In this document: in pieces, positions 20,801 to 27,084 of the stretch
Layout: each line of letters opens with the position of its first letter
How positions within the stretch are numbered: position 1 is the stretch's first letter
DNA from: a virus
Taxonomy: Duplodnaviria; Caudoviricetes
Length of the DNA: 29,199 nt
Virus record (IMG/VR): IMGVR_UViG_3300012952_000087
Location: 1 to 29,199 of that record
Strand: one strand, 5' to 3'
Made by a program: the position numbers and the translations under genes
The notes under the pieces: model-generated
What the model saw: only the letters and a program-made list of their open reading frames with translations
Databases searched by the model: none
What the model was told of the DNA's origin: nothing

Positions 20801-23480
20801 CACTATTAGATATTAAAGCTGAAGATACACTTCCTCTATTAATATCTTCAATTTTAGCTATAGTTGCATCACCATTATTATCAATATCTGGTGTTCTTAA
20901 TCTTTTCGCTTTCTTTGGAATATCTGATTGTGATATTGAAGAATTACAATTAGAATCTAAAGGAAGTGAATAGTAGTTAACACCTAGAACATAAGGAAAT
21001 ACTGGATTATCTAAAGCATCAATAGTAATAAAATATGCATATGTTCCATTGGGATATTCTGGTGTTACACAATACCTTCCATTATTAGCATCTAAATGAC
21101 CACTTTCATCTTCGTAAACATAATCATTAATATATGTTCCAATAGGATCAGTAGGACCACCATCCCTAGAAGTAAGAGCAGTATAACTAGAATTCATCCT
21201 AACAATAGAAGATCCTGCATCTAGTGGATTCATATGACTATAAGCACCATATATGGGGTTACCATCATATGCAAATCCTAAGATAGGTGAATGTTGGGAT
21301 CCATTATCATTTGCTCTTAATGTAGTAGGAGATGCATAATAAGCATAACCAGTTCCTAATTCAGGTGAAAAGTTTTTAAAGAAATATCCATTCTCTGAAT
21401 CAAGATTATTCTTATTTTTAAAATACCTATCTTTTCTCCATTCCTTAATCTTAGCGGTTGCAGTTGCACCAGATCCAACAGGAATCAATTCTATTGATAT
21501 ATTATTCTGTGTATAAAGACTTCCACCATTAACTTTAACAAGTCCAGTAATCTCCCCTGTATTTGAAACTTCAGCAGTAAAGTCTGCAAATCTTCCTTTT
21601 CCAGCACCATCGGTTATCCTAACAATAGGTGGGGATGAATAATATTCACCAGAATTATCAATATTAATACTTGTTACTTCACCTGCTGTAACAACTGGTG
21701 TTAGAAGAGCACCTCTACCAGATACAATCTCAATAGTAGGATTCTCAGTATAATTTCCAACCTGATCAATACTTATTGATTCAACAACTTGTCCAGCAAG
21801 TTTAGCAGTTGCTTTATTAGGAAAACCATTTACTAATATAAATGGTTCCTTAACATAACCATTTCCTCTGTTACCTACAGTAATAGTCTCAAGAGCACCA
21901 TTATATACAACCTCTTCATCTTTATAACTTACAAAAGGCACTCCATTAAGAGCAATACCTAAGTCTCTATACTTAGTCTCATAAGTCTCAGTTGTAGAAA
22001 TAGGTGTTTTTCTAATAATTTTAAGAAGTTTCTGATCTTGTAAATCAATAGGTGGTGTACCAGTTCCAATAGAATGAGATGGGAATCCTGAAGAAGCAAT
22101 ATAATACCCTTCACCATCTTGATATATTGCTGAAACATTAGAAGGTAAATCAGCAACACTAGCAATTTGAGGATCTGTACTACTGAATACCCATCTATTA
22201 TTATTCTGTGCATCAACAATCTTTACATCATTTGTAATAAATCCAGGTTTTGATATTTCAATTACATCGTTTGGATTTGAATATGGTACTTTTGTATGAG
22301 GTTCTACGTTATATAAAACACCATAAACTAATAGACTAATAGTATCAGTACCAACATTATCTCCATATGTTACAGAAGTACCAATAGGGTAAGTTCCAGT
22401 TCCTGATCTAGTTTTTATCAAGAATTGATTTACATTTTTATCTTCATATGTTATGGTTTCACCACCTATATTAAATTCTCCTTTAGAATCCCATGCAATT
22501 GTAGAAGAAACATTAACTCTGTCACCAATAGTAAGTGAATTACTAATTTCTTTGGTTATTTTTGTTCTAGATGCAATTTTAAATTCACCATTTACAGTTG
22601 CTTCATTAAGAATGATCTCATATAACTCTTCGCCATCAAACTTACCAGAATACCTAACATTATCAACTACAGCAGAAGCATAATAACCTTCAATATCTTG
22701 TACTATCTTCTTACCAATTAAATCAGTTGGTGTACCTGAAATAACCTTTGCTTTAAGTGAATATGACTGTATCCAATTAGATTCTGAAGACTTTAAAGTA
22801 AAATCTCTTGGGTAAGTAACCTCAGGATTTGGTCCTTCAAGATCAATTAAACACTTAAATAAAAACTTGATAGAACTATCAGTTCCCTTTGATTCATAAA
22901 ATGATCTTATATTTTTAATAAGAGTTCTCTTATCTACATCACCCCTTAAGTATTCCTCTGGAAAATCTGATAGGTATTGCTTCTCAAAACTTTTTATAAG
23001 TGCATATAGAAACAGATTACTGATATTTTGTACAGTAGATCCATCTACATGACTTGCTGCTTGAGTAGTAATAAAAGTACTCTTTTGGTAAAGATCTCCA
23101 AGACTAGTATTACCACTTACTCCACGACTAATTTCTAAAAATTCTGTATTTGTTCTACTACCATAAAAACATATCTCATCATCTATCTTAATATATCCAC
23201 CCTTCTCTGGAAATGAAGTAGCATCATCTACAGTAATAGTAGTATCCGAATCAAGTACCAATCCATTCAATGTAGTACTCTGTACTAATATATTTTTTTC
23301 ATAAAAATCTACATCACGATATTGTTGAAGGTTATTAACAATATCATATGGTTGCCCTTGAATTTCAAGCTGCTCATAGTACTTCTTTATGAACTTACCA
23401 AAAAGTTCATACTCTTCATTAATGAAGTCAGGTAACTGAGTCTCAATTAGATATGAGACTTTATTCGCAGTTTTAGGCAC
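14880..23480 (-). CDS. gp7: Giant baseplate wedge initiator, cyanophage gp7-like (2866 aa)
   Basis: GTG start overlapping the gp6 TAG. QLPDFI...FIKKYYE; LIKNIRSFYESKGT; SYYYQDYSYTIKS...HPAGFQLFGEV. Many GxGY beta repeats and YHYH-like segments. Sits between gp6 and gp8. Confidence 0.85.
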   Translation of the reverse strand: MPKTANKVSYLIETQLPDFINEEYELFGKFIKKYYEQLEIQGQPYDIVNNLQQYRDVDFYEKNILVQSTTLNGLVLDSDTTITVDDATSFPEKGGYIKIDDEICFYGSRTNTEFLEISRGVSGNTSLGDLYQKSTFITTQAASHVDGSTVQNISNLFLYALIKSFEKQYLSDFPEEYLRGDVDKRTLIKNIRSFYESKGTDSSIKFLFKCLIDLEGPNPEVTYPRDFTLKSSESNWIQSYSLKAKVISGTPTDLIGKKIVQDIEGYYASAVVDNVRYSGKFDGEELYEIILNEATVNGEFKIASRTKITKEISNSLTIGDRVNVSSTIAWDSKGEFNIGGETITYEDKNVNQFLIKTRSGTGTYPIGTSVTYGDNVGTDTISLLVYGVLYNVEPHTKVPYSNPNDVIEISKPGFITNDVKIVDAQNNNRWVFSSTDPQIASVADLPSNVSAIYQDGEGYYIASSGFPSHSIGTGTPPIDLQDQKLLKIIRKTPISTTETYETKYRDLGIALNGVPFVSYKDEEVVYNGALETITVGNRGNGYVKEPFILVNGFPNKATAKLAGQVVESISIDQVGNYTENPTIEIVSGRGALLTPVVTAGEVTSINIDNSGEYYSSPPIVRITDGAGKGRFADFTAEVSNTGEITGLVKVNGGSLYTQNNISIELIPVGSGATATAKIKEWRKDRYFKNKNNLDSENGYFFKNFSPELGTGYAYYASPTTLRANDNGSQHSPILGFAYDGNPIYGAYSHMNPLDAGSSIVRMNSSYTALTSRDGGPTDPIGTYINDYVYEDESGHLDANNGRYCVTPEYPNGTYAYFITIDALDNPVFPYVLGVNYYSLPLDSNCNSSISQSDIPKKAKRLRTPDIDNNGDATIAKIEDINRGSVSSALISNSGANFSVGCKLSIDDSNTGGFGASGEVESVKGKTVISIDSQEEKVLYVNLSKTAYLFDGDTITQPVTGASGKIVGNVFSGKNFAIENISGSMNSTDVLSSSTKVLSLILDINVTYTKGAILSLSDGVNAPIAAGEILEATSAQNTVKVKVTDTGFVVDGTYFLTSSDLLNTPGAKIVSISNLSENLPIFKLQDNVALLTTDTPHGVGVGETIDIDIDPSDVNSTKTYNINKRIYQDVILKNPVIARVLSDSGIGRISILNGGADYTQGEYTNVNLIGGKGSGAKGTIKVSSDNIIFEIKITDKGTGYAIGDELSIGTSVVFKSNVDTAELLVRVEHVGFASDNTELIIDNGNGLKQGDYLNVGSEVVLIQSRSENIFTVQRGQKNTLAVNHFNGASVSLYGGGYDLPVGFVVEDGSVVSYDSETQKLVITWNTSKTLSNITSLSLSSTFFDQPDSDQDKRLVEISSISNPKYCFEIDGERNKQIDIKKYYKYTFNTLNASMAGVGFDISPSINYNLVTPEKTEINNIVDLKLGYGPRTTNNLYTKRQPSPYIKYYYYDRDGVIDPEGSYLNVIDDPLQGTKNVIYSTPTKILYSTDIEATNDGTGSISYISKSLTSVGEINSVKITSVGVDYKQIPIVTGIFDKDGVLDKNVNCFLSSNDIGTPRNIKIVNNGGSYHNDNTLSSTFSSNYILTLSNFDKNAFSVGETVVQKSGSVEVARARVTSWRKGSNILVVDRIQGILRENKEIKGLAKNNTANVLSISYTEYSPVVKTYFDNMGYYKSDSGKIGDANQRITDSYYYQDYSYTIKSETSIDVWRNLIKETTHPAGFQLFGEVRINTSAEVKMSSNTVSSKTSVIQLWDPVVNKITVESTRRQLTQSIVTVQPTLVEKGVGSISIDAINTAEITAGNVFLNLPFDGGLTNKGNLEGRTLFNMVDANGNSIRPYNEQALVITLDGILQEPGVSYTINGDKITFAQPPLGSRVKGGQSIPSVSFYGRYFQFKDNTFNQKYLKKIKNIFQRSGRWIDSANQIERNRSTIVDKTITYIKSTYPELPWNVTEGKFSRNIGQVLDAWSHDIRFGGNWKTVYEGKSYYTGGVLSSLTGEGVLTDAATGDKTSELEAGVEAYQYAVSLAKQAVNNELSDGYENIHILEDSAPNKCANVLSALDTLSNVLTLILTNGEDAATLTNPDYFNGESKIFDLYYEDGTGVDTQVNEDLFIALSGVLQHNPAYTIDRTNVPNKIVFDEAPIWNQTENTKTLQEPLAVEKFFGHGIGSYLRCSITEEDSAGPYLILDPDKKVKVINDTRLVLVFIDGVLQREEDSYNIVGPAITFNKTIKKENNVEIIVLYGRDIDPAMTLYDFEAGQYFNEIILTCDAGSTDTFGAWKDWYGLSYDYFQVAYQKVGGTKRMLGNVKTYTTTDQKLIITLVGNNPDLDGSSVFFARSSDFADEYELTGVTNTIAVVRDSDQNYRMQRNSARWLYGTPRADEAFYVRNRLLSNVNDGDIVKIDGEDDYRTINGLPRYVNPKTYVPQEEVSTGFFGTIITTNYAGDTRGVGLSATCEIDGGKVSSVSWNKATIEMIESEWKVTKGSTAFGYDSTPVLHFVPVDQNGGGATAEVIVSAGHIVDIVLTNGGSGYTQAPKIVTARQYKIIKQRGRKIASTFTLKFNPSLVYPSPVAVYSEVTRFKGFEVGTILGNLNMTITTPEGCKQKITTTIQTSSSVDIKPITQQINKYYPPAIASIPSPSVKKQVTLEIETKTIVQLRLPVIEIDQYGNRRVRPDGSPGDGNPIGGGGIQLPMEKKALYNMGFVDLRRIGYQTVYEQGTLGPRFLQWEGAKFMTTGDILSTGGVSVSAYTIQEFEGFDLELRTFEDQAQSMVASNDYIFNIGYPSINHYVSQLDTSDLPNESGGGYLATNETVYANTTNFPSTGTILLGREQISYTSKMNDRFLGCTRGVNNTPIESHTIGEYLRNAL

Positions 23481-25282
23481 TACTCTTTATACGCAACAAA
23501 TTTACTCTTTGACACATCTACATCTAGATATGCCTCACGTTTTACTTCAATATCTTTATTAGCAGGTTTGACTCGTAATTCAATACGATTATCAGAAAAA
23601 CTACCTTTTAAAATAGTGAAATCATAAAGTTGTATTTCCCCTTTATTATAATCAACAGTTCCTACCGAATCATTCAATAGAACCTTTTCACCACTTAAGG
23701 AATCTAGTCTATATAGGACTATTTTACCATCCCTATCTTCTAGATAAGTTGTATGATTAGGATGCTCAAATACTGTCATACCAGTAGATGATACAACAGG
23801 ATTATCACAATTTATAAGGAAAGGATTTTGATAGCATACTTCATAATATGAAGATGAATTTATCTGTGCTATAAAATCTTTTCTTAAAGTAATATCAGTA
23901 TCATTTGAATTAATAGAACGATCTGAACCATCAATAACACCGATAAACTTACTATATCTAAACTTTCCATTAAACTTCTCTGTACCAGAGGTTTTCAAAT
24001 ATGATATTATTCCTTTAGCAACCTTTGCTGCCATCTCAGCAGGAATCAATTTACTCTTTGTTGAATTGTAATATACCTTACTATCTAATTCAACATAAAG
24101 AACAGATGGATCTATAAACTCTGGTCTAATAGAAGCAATAGTATATTTCTTCAATTCTTCTGTTAACTGATTCTTAGTAAATGAAGATAGTGATGGTGCA
24201 TCATCAGGTTTAACAGAAAGAAATACTTTACCATATGAAGGTGGTTCTTGATCTTCTCCACCAAACACAATAATGTCACTTATTGCTGGATATAGATTTC
24301 TAGCAATAGCAGAAAAATCATTACCAGTTACTGCTCTATTCTGTGAACCATAGAACTTAGGAGCATTATATTTAATTTTTTCAATACTCTCAATTGATGT
24401 TCCACCACTAGATTTTGATACTACTGTTAGATTACTAACATTAAATGGTACTTGTATTGATGAACTATTCTCATCTACAATATTACCATTAAACCTAAAT
24501 GTGGATGCACCGTTAGTAGTATCTCCATTAGTTAATACTGTACCTATTTCAACTATATTACCATTATCAAGTTTTTTACCTAAAACACCATCACCAAAGA
24601 AGATTTCATATTTCTCATCTTCAATCTCATTAATAAAATAAACTTTATCATCAGAAGTAATATCTAAAATATTGTTAGCTTGTTCATATAGATTATACAC
24701 AGAAGAGTTCTGTGAATCCCATACCTTTACTTTAATTGTACTGACATCAGTAGAAGGATTATCTATTATAAATCTCTGATTATTTAAAGATGTGTCAACA
24801 ACAGTCTTTGTGCTAACATAAGAACCTTCATATACTATTAACCCATCAAATGATGCAACATTATTATTAACTATAGATTTATAGTCATCCTTAACTATGA
24901 AACGATATAGACTGCCATCAAAATTAGTAACAAATCCACTACCTGCCTTTATAGTAACAGAAACAGGAGCAGTTCCAGGAAATGTAATCTCTAAATCAAT
25001 TGTTGCACTTGGTGCAATTCTTGACTTTGGTGTATAACCTAATTGCTTTGCCAGAGAGACTACATTATCCCTGAGAGACGCTGAATCAAGGAACAACTCA
25101 TTTACCACCATGTTGGTGTTAAACGCTGTATAATACGTATTATATGCCAATACATCCAACAACTGACTGATAGCGGATCCTTCAAAATCGTAATCAGTGA
25201 AATCAGTCTGTGCTCTCATATAATCTTTGAGAGCAACTTTGATATCAACAAAGTCTAAATTGTTTAATTGAGTATATGGCAT
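23480..25282 (-). CDS. gp6: Baseplate wedge subunit, T4 gp6-like (600 aa)
   Basis: LDFVDIK...FTDYDFEGS...LLDVLAYNTYY...ELFLDSA..R..VVSLAKQLGYTP; YEIFFGDGVLGK; QNRAVT; YGKVF. Confidence 0.95.
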   Translation of the reverse strand: MPYTQLNNLDFVDIKVALKDYMRAQTDFTDYDFEGSAISQLLDVLAYNTYYTAFNTNMVVNELFLDSASLRDNVVSLAKQLGYTPKSRIAPSATIDLEITFPGTAPVSVTIKAGSGFVTNFDGSLYRFIVKDDYKSIVNNNVASFDGLIVYEGSYVSTKTVVDTSLNNQRFIIDNPSTDVSTIKVKVWDSQNSSVYNLYEQANNILDITSDDKVYFINEIEDEKYEIFFGDGVLGKKLDNGNIVEIGTVLTNGDTTNGASTFRFNGNIVDENSSSIQVPFNVSNLTVVSKSSGGTSIESIEKIKYNAPKFYGSQNRAVTGNDFSAIARNLYPAISDIIVFGGEDQEPPSYGKVFLSVKPDDAPSLSSFTKNQLTEELKKYTIASIRPEFIDPSVLYVELDSKVYYNSTKSKLIPAEMAAKVAKGIISYLKTSGTEKFNGKFRYSKFIGVIDGSDRSINSNDTDITLRKDFIAQINSSSYYEVCYQNPFLINCDNPVVSSTGMTVFEHPNHTTYLEDRDGKIVLYRLDSLSGEKVLLNDSVGTVDYNKGEIQLYDFTILKGSFSDNRIELRVKPANKDIEVKREAYLDVDVSKSKFVAYKE

Positions 25283-25674
25283 TATCTCGTTCTACTTAGG
25301 AAGAAGTCTACAGCAGTGGGTGAATTATCTAAACCTCGTATAGTATATACCAATGAAACATCAAATCCATTTTCATCATAGTTTGCATTAACCTTTACTT
25401 CTTCAATTTCAATTCTAGGTTCCCACTGACCTAGGGTATACATTATATTTTGTTTAATCTGAGCAGAAGTAGCATAGTCCATTGGTTCAAAAAGATAATT
25501 TCTTATATCTGAACCATACTCAGGATTGTAAAGTTTTTCTCCTTTATTTGTTAATAACAAATTTACAATTGCTTGTTTAATAGCAGAACCATCCTTACTG
25601 ACAACTAGGTCACCAGTAACAGGATGGTTTTTAAATGTCATATTAATGTCCTTGAAGGACAATGTAGCTGCCAT
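25282..25674 (-). CDS. gp25: Baseplate wedge subunit, T4 gp25-like (130 aa)
   Basis: AIKQAIVNLLLTNKGEKLYNPEYGSDIRNYLFEP...WEPRI is the gp25/GPW family signature. TAATG-coupled to gp6. Confidence 0.95.
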   Translation of the reverse strand: MAATLSFKDINMTFKNHPVTGDLVVSKDGSAIKQAIVNLLLTNKGEKLYNPEYGSDIRNYLFEPMDYATSAQIKQNIMYTLGQWEPRIEIEEVKVNANYDENGFDVSLVYTIRGLDNSPTAVDFFLSRTR

Positions 25675-25701
25675 TTACCGACAATATACGAAGTCAGTAG
25701 T

Positions 25702-25709
25702 TATTTAGA
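25702..25709 (-). promoter_or_regulatory. Late promoter variant TCTAAATA upstream of gp25
   Basis: Intergenic, about 28 nt upstream of the gp25 ATG, with the TAAATA core intact. Confidence 0.65.
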
Positions 25710-25713
25710 CAGT

Positions 25714-26310
25714 TTATACAGAGTATTGATATCCGTTCTTACTCACTAACTGAGTCTCTGAAATATTAAATGCCAAAGTTATCCTCTCTTCTTCCCCTCT
25801 AAATGGTAATACGGAATGTATTGTATCACTGGGGAACATAATCATAGTTCCATTCTTGCCTTCATACTCACAACATAAATCATTAAACGTAGTTGGGTGA
25901 TTATGGTTCTTATGGTATATCACACCTGATACAAACCCTGAGTGATTGTGCGGAGGATTGTCATCTCCTTTATACGCAAAGTTAGTCCACAGATCATATT
26001 TGTCAAAATAACCAGGCCAATTCTTTAATTGGAACTCACGGAGATTTCTTCCCTTACCCCAATGCTCTTGTGTTAATCTCAATACCCATGCCAACCAAAA
26101 CGAATCTTCAATCAAACGTGCAGGTACACCACATTGATATGAATTATGCTTTCTTCCATCACTAGAGAGATATGCAACATTCTCATGTGCTCGTATATCT
26201 GCTAAAGGGTGATTCTTAACTCTGATACTACAAGTAACCCAATAATCAATCTCTTCTTGTATAGATTCTGGAATATCAAAGATTAATATATTATCCTTTA
26301 GTTTTTTCAT
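25714..26310 (-). CDS. 2OG-Fe(II) oxygenase superfamily protein (PF13759/TIGR02466-like, 198 aa)
   Basis: W.N....GD.NPPHNH...SGVIY (HxH metal ligands); GTMIMFPS...HSV (distal His); RITLAFN (2OG-binding Arg). ATGA overlap with the SET gene. Confidence 0.88.
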   Translation of the reverse strand: MKKLKDNILIFDIPESIQEEIDYWVTCSIRVKNHPLADIRAHENVAYLSSDGRKHNSYQCGVPARLIEDSFWLAWVLRLTQEHWGKGRNLREFQLKNWPGYFDKYDLWTNFAYKGDDNPPHNHSGFVSGVIYHKNHNHPTTFNDLCCEYEGKNGTMIMFPSDTIHSVLPFRGEEERITLAFNISETQLVSKNGYQYSV

Positions 26311-26603
26311 ACTTTATAAAATGTATATTTTAAAAACAATTCCTCACCCTTCTTAATATCCTTAATCGTCTTCATATGATAAACATTACCCCATTCTTGG
26401 TCATCCGACCATTTAACGCAATTGGGGTCGTCAGAGTGGTTTACGAACCCTCCTAGGGGTGTTCTCATGATTTCTTTATCCACTACCACATGTGATATAC
26501 CAAGATACATCATAGCAGGTATGTCTTCTTTCGCAAAAAGACCTTGACCTGCTACTGAACTATTTTTTATATGTAATTCTTTAGGCAATGCCTGATATGT
26601 CAC
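26307..26603 (-). CDS. Minimal stand-alone SET-domain protein lysine methyltransferase (98 aa)
   Basis: All three SET signature motifs are present: SSVAGQGLFAKEDI (GxG), FVNHSDDPNC (NHSxxPN) and DIKKGEELFLKY (ELxxxY). GTG start overlaps the upstream TGA. Confidence 0.92.
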   Translation of the reverse strand: MTYQALPKELHIKNSSVAGQGLFAKEDIPAMMYLGISHVVVDKEIMRTPLGGFVNHSDDPNCVKWSDDQEWGNVYHMKTIKDIKKGEELFLKYTFYKV

Positions 26604-26737
26604 TTACCCTGTCCTCTATAACGCTTCTTTGGATTATTTCTAGAAGTTGCGGAAAGTTTTGTATTCTGTGAATTTCCCTGACGAGTCTTTTTAGGTTTCG
26701 CAGTAATTTGATCGTTTGTACTGTTGTATAATGCCAT
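26600..26737 (-). CDS. Small, highly basic protein (45 aa; below the ORF-track cutoff)
   Basis: ATG at 26737 to TGA at 26600 gives MALYNSTNDQITAKPKKTRQGNSQNTKLSATSRNNPKKRYRGQGK (7 K, 4 R, 1 D). It fills the gap exactly, lies about 22 nt after a -10 box and is GTGA-coupled to the SET gene. Confidence 0.85.
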   Translation of the reverse strand: MALYNSTNDQITAKPKKTRQGNSQNTKLSATSRNNPKKRYRGQGK

Positions 26738-26758
26738 ACTTAAATTTCAGTTTCTTAT

Positions 26759-26777
26759 ATTATAACACAGGTGTCAA
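26759..26777 (-). promoter_or_regulatory. Sigma70-type extended -10 promoter (TGtTATAAT) with a TTGACA hexamer only 7 nt upstream of TATAAT
   Basis: Minus strand reads TTGACA-CCTGTGT-TATAAT (TTGACA 26777-26772, TATAAT 26764-26759) in the gap between the PAAR stop and the basic-peptide ATG. Confidence 0.7.
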
Positions 26778-26778
26778 G

Positions 26779-27084
26779 TCACATAAAGACCGTATGACTT
26801 CCTGTAACAACTTGTGATCCATGATCTGTAGTAGATCCTTGAAATGCCATCATCTTGCCATCTGCAAAGACAGTTGGTTCTCCAGTGATTAATGTATCTG
26901 AATGTTCTGTTCCAACAAGAAACCCTAATGCTCTATGTGGAATGAATTTATCTCCCATACGGTGTACAGGTCTTCCATTAACAAATACAGTAGCAGACAT
27001 ACCCTTAGGTGCTGGTTCAGGCACTGGGGGTGGGTATATACCGTGTGGAGTTAATGGTAGTCCAGCTAATCCTATTGGTTTCAT
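26779..27084 (-). CDS. PAAR-domain spike-tip protein (T4 gp5.4-like, 101 aa)
   Basis: Three PAAR-like repeats (PIGLAG; TVFVNGRPVHRMGD; TVFADGKMMAFQG), terminal GSHTVF, and His residues at the putative metal site. Confidence 0.9.
   Translation of the reverse strand: MKPIGLAGLPLTPHGIYPPPVPEPAPKGMSATVFVNGRPVHRMGDKFIPHRALGFLVGTEHSDTLITGEPTVFADGKMMAFQGSTTDHGSQVVTGSHTVFM

Noticed and set aside
4562-23480. Inteins, introns or homing endonucleases in the giant ORFs
   Set aside because: The frames are uninterrupted and no intein block, LAGLIDADG, GIY-YIG or HNH nuclease motifs were noticed; the size is explained by repeat modules.
25945-25960. Literal HNH tripeptide in the 198-aa ORF suggesting an HNH nuclease
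   Set aside because: In context (PPHNH...SGVIY...FPS...HSV...RITLAFN) it is the HxH iron-binding motif of a 2OG oxygenase.
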